Source: an uncultured Acidobacteriia bacterium
Lineage (GTDB): Bacteria > Acidobacteriota > Terriglobia > Bryobacterales > Bryobacteraceae
Direction: 5' to 3'
Length of the DNA: 64,000 nt
NCBI GenBank assembly: GCA_903923395.1
Contig: CAIXXM010000072.1
Location: forward strand, 3,849 to 67,848
In this document: positions 37,797 to 47,211 of the stretch, piece after piece
How the letters are laid out: each line of letters begins with the position of its first letter
Numbering within the stretch: the first letter of the stretch is position 1
Program-made: the position numbers and the translations under genes
The notes under the pieces: generated by a model
Database searches by the model: none
What the model was told of the DNA's origin: nothing
The model's input: the letters and a program-made list of their open reading frames with translations, nothing else

Positions 37797-38983
37797 ACGT
37801 TGCGTTCGGGGACATCTCCGCCACACTGGACGGAGGCGTTTTGACAGTCACCGGAAGCCTGAAATCGGAAGGAATGCCTGCCGGCAACTTCTATCTCGGA
37901 CACCATCTGTTTGATGTCCCGACGGGTACCCTGGTGGTGGATGGTGCACGCAGCCCCGTGGAACCCCGCTTTACGCTGCATGCCGCTGTCCCTGAAGAGC
38001 CGGGCACTTACGAAGTCTACTTCTCAGTCATGGAAGAACATGTGGCCTGGTTCTATGAACAGGGCTGGCAGTTCGTCCTCGCAGAAATAGAAGTAAGTGA
38101 CAGTGGTGTTCCCGCACTGCGAAGCTGCAAGGTCACGACGATGGATGAAGTACACCGCCGCCGGACCGCACGAAGCATGGAACGGGCACTTACCGTACCG
38201 CTGCAATCCATCTGGAAGAATAGACGGCTGATCCAAACACTGGTGAAACGTGACATTCTGGGACGCTACCGTGGCTCTTTCGGAGGCGCTTTGTGGGCGC
38301 TGTTGAATCCGCTGCTATTGATGTTGACTTACTTTGTGGTCTTCGGTGTGATCCTGCAATCCAAGTTCACGGGAGATCCATCGCGCGAAGGCTTCGTTCT
38401 CTATTTCCTGGCAGGAATGGTACCCTGGCTCGCCTTCAGTGAGGCTGCCGGACGTGCGCCCAACCAAATGCTGGAGCACCGGACCTTTATCAAGAAGCTG
38501 GTCTTCCCGGTGGAGATCCTGCCGGTCAACTTAGTTGTTTCCGGTCTGGTGACGCAACTTCTCGGCATGACGATCTTACTCTCAGCGCTGGCACTGATTC
38601 GGGGGCACTTACCGTGGACCGTCGTCTACCTGCCGCTGTTGCTCATCCCCCAGATATTAATAACGTCGGGTATCACGTGGTTTCTCTCCGCTCTGGGTGT
38701 CTTCATGCGGGATCTCGCTCAAATCAATGGCTTCCTGCTGACACTCTGGTTCTTCATGACTCCCATCTGCTACGAGGAACGCCAGATTCCCGGTGCGCTG
38801 CATACTGTTTTCAGCAAAAATCCAATGTACATTCTGGTCCGCGCTTACCGTGCTGTGCTGTTGGAGGGGAAGTCGCCGGACTGGATTGCACTGGGTGCGC
38901 TGATGCTCTTCAGCACCGTTCTATTTGTCGCCGGACATGCCTGGTTTTACAAGCTGCGTAAGTCATTTGCAGACTTGATCTGA
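37793..38983 (+). CDS. ABC-2 type (Wzm/TagG/KpsM-like) polysaccharide export permease with a ~115-135-aa soluble N-terminal extension
   Basis: The C-terminal ~260 aa read ...LQSIWKNRRLIQTLVKRDILGRYRGSFGGALWALLNPLLLMLTYF... and carry 6 TM segments. The N-terminal part is beta-rich and continues without a stop from ATG 37793 (ATGA overlap). An alternative internal start is ATG 38141. Confidence 0.8.
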   Translation: MNVAFGDISATLDGGVLTVTGSLKSEGMPAGNFYLGHHLFDVPTGTLVVDGARSPVEPRFTLHAAVPEEPGTYEVYFSVMEEHVAWFYEQGWQFVLAEIEVSDSGVPALRSCKVTTMDEVHRRRTARSMERALTVPLQSIWKNRRLIQTLVKRDILGRYRGSFGGALWALLNPLLLMLTYFVVFGVILQSKFTGDPSREGFVLYFLAGMVPWLAFSEAAGRAPNQMLEHRTFIKKLVFPVEILPVNLVVSGLVTQLLGMTILLSALALIRGHLPWTVVYLPLLLIPQILITSGITWFLSALGVFMRDLAQINGFLLTLWFFMTPICYEERQIPGALHTVFSKNPMYILVRAYRAVLLEGKSPDWIALGALMLFSTVLFVAGHAWFYKLRKSFADLI

Positions 38984-39023
38984 ACGGCACGAAACCTGCA
39001 GTGCGGCATCCTATACTGCTTTT

Positions 39024-41765
39024 ATGTATCTGCGTCCCGCTCTGATTCCGCTCGCGACACTGGCCATCACTCTTCTCTCCGCGCAATCCAAGGCACCTGT
39101 GCAGCCGAAAGACTTCGCGCAGTGGGAATCAATCCCGGCCTTCGGCAATCCGGTTTCCCTCTCGCCGGACGGGAAATGGCTGGCCACGCAGATCAACCAC
39201 TCCAGCCGCGACAATGAGTTGCGCTTCACACGCATTGCCGACGGCACGGTCAAGACGATTCCGTTCGCGGTGCAGCCAGCCTTTTCATCAGATTCCCAAT
39301 GGGCGGCATACAGCATCGGCTACTCCGAAGCGGCCACGGAGAAGGCACGCAAAGATAAGAAGCCTCTACAATCCAAACTTGGCCTGATTCACCTGACGGA
39401 TGGCACGCTCACCGTGCTTGACGCGATGGAATCCTCTGCCTTCAGCCCGGACGCGCAGTTCCTCGCATGGCGGAAATACCCTGCCAAAAAGGAAGACAAC
39501 CCCGAAGCGGACGAAGCGATTCCGGGGGCAACTCTGGTGCTCCGCGCGCTCTCCACCGGGAAGGATACATCGTTCGGCAACGTTGCGGAATTTGCCTGGC
39601 AGGATCAACCGAAGACATCGCATCTGCTCGCCCTCACCGTCCATACGGAAGACAAAGCCGGTAACGCCGTGGAGTTATATGATCCAGTCACCGGGACACT
39701 CCGCATCCTGGATTCCGGGTCCTCCACTTACTCCGGCCTCACGTGGCAGAAAACGTCAGCGAACCTGGCGGTGCTCCGTTCTGTCAATGATCCGAAACAT
39801 CAGGGCCCTGGCTACACGCCGCTGGCTTGGATCAACATCAACCAGCCAGGAGGCAAGGCGCTGACTTATACGGATACCGTCCCGGTGGATATGAGGATTG
39901 TCAGTTACCGGAAGCCTGTGTGGGCCGATGGCGGCGAAACGATCTTTGTCGGCGTGGGTAAGTGGAAGCCAAAAGCGCCGGAGGCCAGGAAGGGTGACGC
40001 TGCCAAGGAAGAAGATGAGCCCGCCACTGTGGATGTTTGGCATTGGCGCGATGCCCAGGTCATGCCGCGTCAAAAGCTCAGTGCGAAGAATGATGCCCAG
40101 AAGAGTATGCTGGCTGCCTGGCACCTTGGCCCGAATCAACTCGTCGTGCTGGGTAAATCGCTTACTGAGCAAATTGCGCCGGTCAAAGGGGGCAAACTTG
40201 CACTTGTTTCAGACTGGACAGCTTATACGCTCGAACGGAGCATTGGCCGGCCGACCGCGGATATCTCGCTCATTGACACAAGCACCGCGGCCCGGGTCAA
40301 GTTGAAGGATCATCTCTTCGAAGATCCGTATCTTTCCGTCAGCCCTGGCGGCCAATATGCAATCTTTCTGGAGAACGATCACTACTGGTCGATCAACCTC
40401 CAAACCCGCGCTGTTACGAATCTGACCAAGGCGTTGAAGACCAGCTTCGTCGATAAAGAATCTGACCAGACTGTGGCACAGAAGCCTCCCTTCGGCGTGG
40501 CCGGGTGGATGGTGAATGACAGCGCGGTCTTGCTCTATGACCAGTTCGATCTCTGGCAGATCGCCCCGGATGGTTCTTCCGCCAAAAAGCTGACTGACGG
40601 TGCCACAGGTGAAACGCGCCATCGGTATCTGAAGTTACGACCTGACGAAGAAGCCATAGACCCCGCGAAGCCGTACTATCTAAGTATCTTCGGGAAGTGG
40701 ACGAAGAAATCCGGCTTCGCAGTGATGAATGGTGGCACGGAACAACATCTGCTCTACACAGACCACAACGTAAGCCGCTTTACGAAGGCAAAGGAAGCGG
40801 ACACGATTGCTTATGTTTCTGAGTCCTTTGTGGATTCCCCGAGTGTGATCGCTAATGGAAAGCCAGTTCTCACCACCAATCCCAATCAAGTGAATTATGC
40901 CTGGGGGCACGAAGAAATCGTCGAATATAAGAACGCAAAGGGAGAACGGCTGCAGGGTGCGTTGTATTATCCAGCGGGCTATGTCCCCGGCAAGCAATAT
41001 CCTTTGATCGTCTACATGTATGAGAAGTTGTCAGACAACGTGCATCACTATGTGGCGCCGTCGGAGAGGGATTACTACAACACAAGCGTATTCACAGCGA
41101 ACGGATATGCGGTCCTGCAGCCGGATATCGTGTTCCGGCCGCGGGAACCAGGCTTGTCCGTGCAGGATTGTGTCACGGCCGCGGCAAAAAGGGTGATCGC
41201 CATGGGGGTTGCCGATCCCCGCAAGATTGGCGTGGTGGGCCACTCCTGGGGTGGTTTCGACGCCTCATTCCTCGCCACCCACTCTGACCTCTTCGCCGCC
41301 GCCGTTGCAGGCGCACCGATTACGGATCTGGTGAGTAATTATGGAAACCACCACTGGTCCAGCGGCATTGCGGAAACCGATCATATTGAAACCGGCCAGC
41401 AGCGTATGGAGGTGCCGCTTTATGAAGACCTGCATGCTTATATCAGGAACTCTGCGATCTTCAACGTCCAGAACATGAAGGTACCTCTGATGATTGAAGT
41501 TGGCGATGCGGATGGTACGGTCTTTTTCCACCAGGGCGTGGAACTCTACAACATAGCTCGGCGCGCAAAAAAGAACGTAGTGCTGCTGGTGTATGCCGCG
41601 GAGGATCACGGACTGCGCAAGAAAGCGGATCAGATCGATTACCAGCACCGCATCCTTACATGGTTTGGCCACTACTTGAAGGGGGAAACGGCACCGGCCT
41701 GGATCACGGAGGGCGAGTCATATCTTACCCGCCAGGATGCTTTGAAGGCGGCGGGAGGCAAGTAA
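39024..41765 (+). CDS. S9 family (prolyl oligopeptidase/dipeptidyl peptidase-like) serine peptidase with N-terminal beta-propeller region
   Basis: 913 aa with a signal peptide. Nucleophile elbow VGHSWGG, ...GDADGTV..., ...AEDHGL... triad context. Confidence 0.88.
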   Translation: MYLRPALIPLATLAITLLSAQSKAPVQPKDFAQWESIPAFGNPVSLSPDGKWLATQINHSSRDNELRFTRIADGTVKTIPFAVQPAFSSDSQWAAYSIGYSEAATEKARKDKKPLQSKLGLIHLTDGTLTVLDAMESSAFSPDAQFLAWRKYPAKKEDNPEADEAIPGATLVLRALSTGKDTSFGNVAEFAWQDQPKTSHLLALTVHTEDKAGNAVELYDPVTGTLRILDSGSSTYSGLTWQKTSANLAVLRSVNDPKHQGPGYTPLAWININQPGGKALTYTDTVPVDMRIVSYRKPVWADGGETIFVGVGKWKPKAPEARKGDAAKEEDEPATVDVWHWRDAQVMPRQKLSAKNDAQKSMLAAWHLGPNQLVVLGKSLTEQIAPVKGGKLALVSDWTAYTLERSIGRPTADISLIDTSTAARVKLKDHLFEDPYLSVSPGGQYAIFLENDHYWSINLQTRAVTNLTKALKTSFVDKESDQTVAQKPPFGVAGWMVNDSAVLLYDQFDLWQIAPDGSSAKKLTDGATGETRHRYLKLRPDEEAIDPAKPYYLSIFGKWTKKSGFAVMNGGTEQHLLYTDHNVSRFTKAKEADTIAYVSESFVDSPSVIANGKPVLTTNPNQVNYAWGHEEIVEYKNAKGERLQGALYYPAGYVPGKQYPLIVYMYEKLSDNVHHYVAPSERDYYNTSVFTANGYAVLQPDIVFRPREPGLSVQDCVTAAAKRVIAMGVADPRKIGVVGHSWGGFDASFLATHSDLFAAAVAGAPITDLVSNYGNHHWSSGIAETDHIETGQQRMEVPLYEDLHAYIRNSAIFNVQNMKVPLMIEVGDADGTVFFHQGVELYNIARRAKKNVVLLVYAAEDHGLRKKADQIDYQHRILTWFGHYLKGETAPAWITEGESYLTRQDALKAAGGK

Positions 41766-41814
41766 CCGGCGGAAGTTCTTCCGCGACAAAGAGCGTCTCC
41801 AGTTAAACTGTAGT

Positions 41815-44223
41815 TTGTCCATGGAATCGTTGGTAATGATCGGCAATGGTATGGCCGGTGTGGCTTGTCTGGAGAATATCCTCAAGCTTCCGAATGATCT
41901 CGATATCACTGTCTTCGGAGATGAGACGTATCCGAACTACAACCGCATCATGTTATCCAGTGTTCTTGCGGGGGAGCGCGAGGCCGACAACTTAACCATC
42001 AACGGGATCGACTGGTATCAGAAGAACAGAATCGGTCTCCGTCTTGGCGTCCGGATCACCGCGATTGACCGCAAGAAGCGGATCATCCGGGGTGACGACG
42101 GCTCAGTAACGGAATACGACAAGCTCATCATTGCGACGGGTTCGAGCCCGGTGATACCGGCGATTGAAGGCATCGGCAAGAGCAATGTCTTCACGTTCCG
42201 AACCCTGGATGACACGCGCGGCATGATTGCTGCTGCCCGCGAGGGTGCCAGGGCAGTGGTCATTGGCGGCGGCATTCTGGGTCTGGAAGCAGCCCGCGGA
42301 CTGCAGTTGCGGGGATGTGAAGTCACGGTTGTCCAATTGAAAGACTCTTTGATGAACCGCCAGCTTGACGCAACGGCGAGCGGACATCTTCGGGACAAAA
42401 TTGAACAACTGGGTATCCAGGTCCTGGCGGGCCGCACCGCTGCGGCAATTCAGGGTGATAACACGGCAACGGCACTTACCTTCACCAATGGGGAAGTCAT
42501 TCCCGCGGATATCATCATCATCGCGGCCGGTATTCAGCCGAATGCGTGGCTTGGCAGAGATGCGGGTCTGGCATGCAACCGCGGGATCATTGTGAACGGC
42601 CATATGCAGACCTCCGATCCCCGCATCTATGCGCTTGGAGAATGCACGGAATTCAACGGGGAGACCTGGGGCCTGATCGCACCGCTGCATGAGCAAGGCC
42701 GGGTTCTGGCCGCAGTGATCACGGGCCACCCGACTGAACCATTCCAATCCAGCGCTGCGGCGGCGAAACTCAAGATTACCGGCCTGGATGTTTTTTCCGC
42801 CGGCGAGTACTTGGAATCCGAAGGTACCGGGGTCGTCAAATATGAAGACGCGCCACTGGGTATTTACAAGAAACTCCTGATCCGTAATAACCGGCTCGTA
42901 GGAGTTGTACTCGTGGGCGATGACTCTGACTCCAGCCGCTACATGAACTGGTTCAGGAACAACACTGATCTGCTTGTGCGGCGCAAGAACCTTCTCTTCC
43001 CGGAACCGGTTTCAGACAGAGGAGAGGTAGTCGCGGAAATTGCGGATGCAGAGACCGTCTGTGGCTGCCTCGGTGTAACCAAGGCCCAGATTATCCAGGC
43101 TATCCATGAGAAGGGCGTCAATAGTCTGGTTCGCTTGAAGGAGACCACACGGGCTTCCACCGGGTGCGGCAGTTGCACTGGCACATGCCAGAGTCTGCTC
43201 AAAGCCGTGGCCCCGGATTTCGAAGCGGACGGAAACCGTGTTCTTTGTCAGTGTGTGCCTTACTCAGACGATCATCTACGCGGGATGATACGCACGCAAC
43301 GGCTGCGGTCTGTCCAGGAGGTTCTCGATATCTATGGTGATGGCCAGGGCTGCGAGGTCTGTAAGCCGGCTCTCAGTTATCTTGTCGATGTGGTCTGGGC
43401 CGGGGATCATAACGAGGACCCCTCCGCGCGCTTCATCAACGACCGTGTGCATGCCAACATCCAGAAGGACGGCACCTTCTCCGTCATTCCCCGGATTCGC
43501 GGCGGAGTTACTTCACCAGTGCAACTTCGTAAGATCGCCGAGGTCGCCGAAAAGTATAACGTCCGGATGGTGAAGATAACCGGCAGCCAGCGGATTGATC
43601 TGCTCGGCGTGCAGAAGCAGGATCTTCCGAAGATATGGGAGGACCTGGGGATGCCCTCCGGCCAGGCCTACACCAAGGGCGTTCGAATGGTCAAGACCTG
43701 CGTAGGTACGCAGTTCTGCCGTTTTGGCGTGAAGGATGCGATTGCGGCGGGCATAGAACTCGAGAAGCGCTTTGAGAATCTCTACACGCCACACAAGACG
43801 AAAATGGCGGTGGCTGGCTGCCCGAGAAACTGCTCTGAAGCCACGGTGAAGGATATCGGTCTGGTTGGGCAGGAAGGCAGCTGGCAAGTTGTGGTTGGAG
43901 GTGCTGCCGGCAAGAGCGTGCGCAAGGCTGATCTGCTGGTTACCGTCGTCAGCACGGAGGAAGCCCTGGAAGCTGCTGCGCTGTTCTTCCAGTATTACCG
44001 TGAAAATGCTAACTATCTGGAACGCAGCTATGACTTTGTGCAGCGTCTCGGGATGGAGAAGATTCGCAAAGACACGGTCTACGCGCAGCCACCCGTCCGT
44101 AAAGGCCTGCTGCAACGGCTCCAGAAAGCGAAGATGCTTGCGAAGGATGCATGGCTGGATCGCTACGACAAATCTCACAGGGGACAATTTGTCCAGATTG
44201 AACCCGCGGGGCGGCTGCAATGA
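41815..44223 (+). CDS. nirB: NAD(P)H-dependent nitrite reductase large subunit
   Basis: 802 aa. Rossmann MIGNGMAG. BFD-like CGC...C..C segment. Siroheme/4Fe-4S cysteines ...KTCVGTQFC... and ...AGCPRNCSEA... Confidence 0.93.
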   Translation: MSMESLVMIGNGMAGVACLENILKLPNDLDITVFGDETYPNYNRIMLSSVLAGEREADNLTINGIDWYQKNRIGLRLGVRITAIDRKKRIIRGDDGSVTEYDKLIIATGSSPVIPAIEGIGKSNVFTFRTLDDTRGMIAAAREGARAVVIGGGILGLEAARGLQLRGCEVTVVQLKDSLMNRQLDATASGHLRDKIEQLGIQVLAGRTAAAIQGDNTATALTFTNGEVIPADIIIIAAGIQPNAWLGRDAGLACNRGIIVNGHMQTSDPRIYALGECTEFNGETWGLIAPLHEQGRVLAAVITGHPTEPFQSSAAAAKLKITGLDVFSAGEYLESEGTGVVKYEDAPLGIYKKLLIRNNRLVGVVLVGDDSDSSRYMNWFRNNTDLLVRRKNLLFPEPVSDRGEVVAEIADAETVCGCLGVTKAQIIQAIHEKGVNSLVRLKETTRASTGCGSCTGTCQSLLKAVAPDFEADGNRVLCQCVPYSDDHLRGMIRTQRLRSVQEVLDIYGDGQGCEVCKPALSYLVDVVWAGDHNEDPSARFINDRVHANIQKDGTFSVIPRIRGGVTSPVQLRKIAEVAEKYNVRMVKITGSQRIDLLGVQKQDLPKIWEDLGMPSGQAYTKGVRMVKTCVGTQFCRFGVKDAIAAGIELEKRFENLYTPHKTKMAVAGCPRNCSEATVKDIGLVGQEGSWQVVVGGAAGKSVRKADLLVTVVSTEEALEAAALFFQYYRENANYLERSYDFVQRLGMEKIRKDTVYAQPPVRKGLLQRLQKAKMLAKDAWLDRYDKSHRGQFVQIEPAGRLQ

Positions 44224-44549
44224 GCTGGGTCCGCATCACAGGTACGGCGAGCTTCCCGCTGCGACAGGGGCGCAAGGTTGTAATTCAGGAACACGAACTC
44301 GCAGTCTTCAATTTAGGCAACGGCAAGTATGCGGCAGTCGACAACGCCTGTCCCCACCGGGGCGGGCCTCTGTGTGATGGCATCGTGACCGGCGATACAG
44401 TGGTCTGCCCGCTGCACGGATGGAAGACAGACCTTGAGACAGGTCATGTTGTAAAGCCGGATATCTGCGTCAGAACCCTGCGTTATGAAGTACAGGTGGA
44501 AGACGGCATGCTCAGTATCAAGCTTCCAGCGGCGGCATCGCTATACTGA
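44220..44549 (+). CDS. nirD: nitrite reductase small subunit (Rieske-like)
   Basis: 109 aa. ...ACPHRGGPL.DG......VVCPLHGW... ATGA overlap with nirB. Confidence 0.9.
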   Translation: MSWVRITGTASFPLRQGRKVVIQEHELAVFNLGNGKYAAVDNACPHRGGPLCDGIVTGDTVVCPLHGWKTDLETGHVVKPDICVRTLRYEVQVEDGMLSIKLPAAASLY

Positions 44550-44566
44550 CCACTTAGCCTATTTTT

Positions 44567-45547
44567 ATGACCGGAGTTCACATCCGGGGCGGTGGTATCG
44601 CTGCCCTGTGCGCGCAGCACCTGCTCACGCAGGCCGGCATCCCTACGCTGCTGGAGTCGAAGGACAGACCGCGCCTGCCCGCCATCCTTCTAAGTGACGC
44701 AGCGCTTCACCTGCTTCGCGACGTCTTTGGCAAACCCGCACTCTTCCAGGACCTTGCGCCACTTACTACCCGCGTGGTGGCCTGGCACCGGAATGAACCG
44801 CCGGTCGAACTCCCGCACCGGGCGATTGTGGTTTCAGAAGAGCAACTCCTTAGTGCATTGGCATCGGATTCCGTGCCTCCGCTGGACCCGCCAGACTGGA
44901 ACATTTACGCAGCGCGCCCGCAGAACGTTACCGAACTGCAGTTCGGTACGCGCCGCGCCGCAGCTGCATTGGTCCAACTCACTGCGGACGCCCCATTGCA
45001 GGCGTTTTGGATTGAAGCTCTTCCGCAGGGATGGCTCTTCCTTATCCCCAGAGCTGACCGCACTGGCTGGATGCTTTCGGTTGGCGTACCCGAACTGAGG
45101 GACAGTAAACTCATCGCGCCGCTGGTGCAGAGCAAACTGGAGGATGCCGGCACCTTCCCCGCCTATCCCCGCTTGCTGGAAAGTCTGCACGGCGAACGCT
45201 GGCTGGCATGCGGTACGGCTGCAATGGCATTTGATCCTATCTGCGGTGACGGCACGGCCAATGCGGTCCGGGAGGCGATATTGGCCGCGGCAGTCCTGCG
45301 CGCCATCCACCGGGGACTACCGGCGGGTCCACTGCTCGAACACTACACCAGCCGCCTGCTCTCCGGCTTCGCCAGGCACTTAGTCTTCACGCGCGACTTC
45401 TACTTATCCGGAGAGCGCGGTAACTGGTGGGTGAACGAACTCGATGGACTGCAAAGCGGGCTGGCCTGGTGCCGTGCGCAACTCGGCGCGGTTCCCGAAT
45501 ATAACTTCCGCCTTGATGGCTTTGATCTTTATCCGATCAACCAATGA
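44567..45547 (+). CDS. qhpG: FAD-dependent monooxygenase, QhpG-like (CTQ biogenesis)
   Basis: 326 aa. N-terminal dinucleotide fold IRGGGIAALCAQHLL. Translationally coupled to qhpF/qhpE-like genes and adjacent to qhpADCB. The assignment rests mostly on context. Confidence 0.65.
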   Translation: MTGVHIRGGGIAALCAQHLLTQAGIPTLLESKDRPRLPAILLSDAALHLLRDVFGKPALFQDLAPLTTRVVAWHRNEPPVELPHRAIVVSEEQLLSALASDSVPPLDPPDWNIYAARPQNVTELQFGTRRAAAALVQLTADAPLQAFWIEALPQGWLFLIPRADRTGWMLSVGVPELRDSKLIAPLVQSKLEDAGTFPAYPRLLESLHGERWLACGTAAMAFDPICGDGTANAVREAILAAAVLRAIHRGLPAGPLLEHYTSRLLSGFARHLVFTRDFYLSGERGNWWVNELDGLQSGLAWCRAQLGAVPEYNFRLDGFDLYPINQ

Positions 45548-47211
45548 CACCGATCCCCCATTGGAAGGCGTACCGGCGGCTGGGTGTCTATCTACGCCCT
45601 TACATCGCCCGGCTTTGCTTTGTCATCCTCATCAGCCTGGCATCCACGGCGCTCGGCCTGGCACAGCCTTACATTTCGAAACTCCTGATCGATAAGGCGC
45701 TGCTGGAAAAAGACTTCCATGCGCTGCTGGTCATCTCCGGACTGATGTTCGCAGCCGTCGTTTTCGGCTTTGCGTTGAACATACTCTCCAGCTACCGCTA
45801 TGTGAAGCTCTCCGCCGCGATGTTATTTGACATGCGGCTCGCTCTCTTCCGGCACCTGCAGACGCTCTCACCGCGCTTCTATGCCACGTTCCGCACGGGT
45901 GATTTGATGTCCCGGCTCAACAATGATGTTGGTGAGGTGCAACGTGTTGCTGCCGATACGCTGCTATCCGTGCTGAGCAACGTTGTATTCCTGATCGGCA
46001 GCGTCGCGATGATGCTCTGGCTGAACTGGAAACTATTCTTCGTCAGCGTGTTGCTGCTGCCTCTCAGCACGATCCTCTTTCTGCGGTACCAGAAGCGGCT
46101 TACCCTGCTTACCAAGACGCTCCGCGAGCGGGCCGCGGGACTTGGCAGCTTCATCGTCGATTCCATACTCGGCATGCGGGCGATCGTTTCACTCGACGCG
46201 CAGGAGCATGAGGCCAAGCGCTTCAAGAAACGGAATGACGAGTTCATTGAAACCATGCTGAGTGTGCAGTTGGCGTCCTTTTTATCGGGCGCTCTGCCGG
46301 GAACCATCTTAAGTGCCGCGACTGCGCTTGTTTTCCTTTACGGCGGTTATGAAGTCTTCGAAGGCACCATCACGATTGGTACGCTGGTCGCCTTCATGGC
46401 CTACCACACCCGGCTCTTATCTCCACTGCAAAACCTGATGAGCCTCACTGCCGGACTGGCATCCGCCCGCGTGTCGCTGGGACGGATCTTTGAGTTATTC
46501 GATACTCCCGCGGAAGTCCAGCCGCCTGCAGTTGCACTTACTCTTGCTCTGAAACCGCACACCATCACGCTGGACCATGTTTCCCTCACACATGGACGCA
46601 ACCCAATCCTGAAAGATATCTCACTGACAATACCCGCCGGCAGTTTCTGCGCATTGCTCGGCCCGAGCGGCGCCGGTAAATCCACCCTCGCCGACTTGCT
46701 GGTGCGCTTTCTCAACGCGGACTCTGGCTCTATCCTGATCGACGGGCTGGATATCCGCCAGATACCCCTCGGCACTCTGCGCCGCGAGATCCTGCTTGTG
46801 GAGCAATCGCCCTATCTCTTCAATGCAACCCTCGCGGAAAATATCCTTTACGCCCACCCATCTGCAACACGCGAAGCCATGATGGAAGCGGCCCGCGATG
46901 CCGGACTCGAACACTTCATCTCCACTCTGCCCGATGGCTACGAGACACAAACCGGCGAACGAGGCCTCAGCCTTTCCGTGGGAGAACGCCAGCGCATCAC
47001 CCTCGCGCGGGCGCTCCTCCGGAAGCCCAACGTTTTGATCCTTGATGAGCCAACTTCCGCTCTCGATTCCGACACGGAACAACTCATCGCCGTGAACCTC
47101 CGGCGCGTTATGCAGGGCCGGACTCTCATCGTAATCACTCACCGCCCGGCTCTCGCCGCCTTGGCCGACTTCACCGTCACCCTCAGAGATGGGAGAATCG
47201 AGACAGTATGA
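45544..47211 (+). CDS. qhpF: ABC exporter, fused permease/ATPase (QhpF-like)
   Basis: 555 aa. 6-TM ABCB-type domain, Walker A GPSGAGKST, signature LSVGERQR, Walker B ILILDEPTSALD. Confidence 0.8.
   Translation: MTPIPHWKAYRRLGVYLRPYIARLCFVILISLASTALGLAQPYISKLLIDKALLEKDFHALLVISGLMFAAVVFGFALNILSSYRYVKLSAAMLFDMRLALFRHLQTLSPRFYATFRTGDLMSRLNNDVGEVQRVAADTLLSVLSNVVFLIGSVAMMLWLNWKLFFVSVLLLPLSTILFLRYQKRLTLLTKTLRERAAGLGSFIVDSILGMRAIVSLDAQEHEAKRFKKRNDEFIETMLSVQLASFLSGALPGTILSAATALVFLYGGYEVFEGTITIGTLVAFMAYHTRLLSPLQNLMSLTAGLASARVSLGRIFELFDTPAEVQPPAVALTLALKPHTITLDHVSLTHGRNPILKDISLTIPAGSFCALLGPSGAGKSTLADLLVRFLNADSGSILIDGLDIRQIPLGTLRREILLVEQSPYLFNATLAENILYAHPSATREAMMEAARDAGLEHFISTLPDGYETQTGERGLSLSVGERQRITLARALLRKPNVLILDEPTSALDSDTEQLIAVNLRRVMQGRTLIVITHRPALAALADFTVTLRDGRIETV

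Noticed and set aside
41768-41783. GCGGAAG-TT-CTTCCGC inverted repeat after the S9 peptidase gene as a terminator
   Set aside because: The loop is too tight and there is no U-tract. nirB starts 32 nt later, so read-through is likely.
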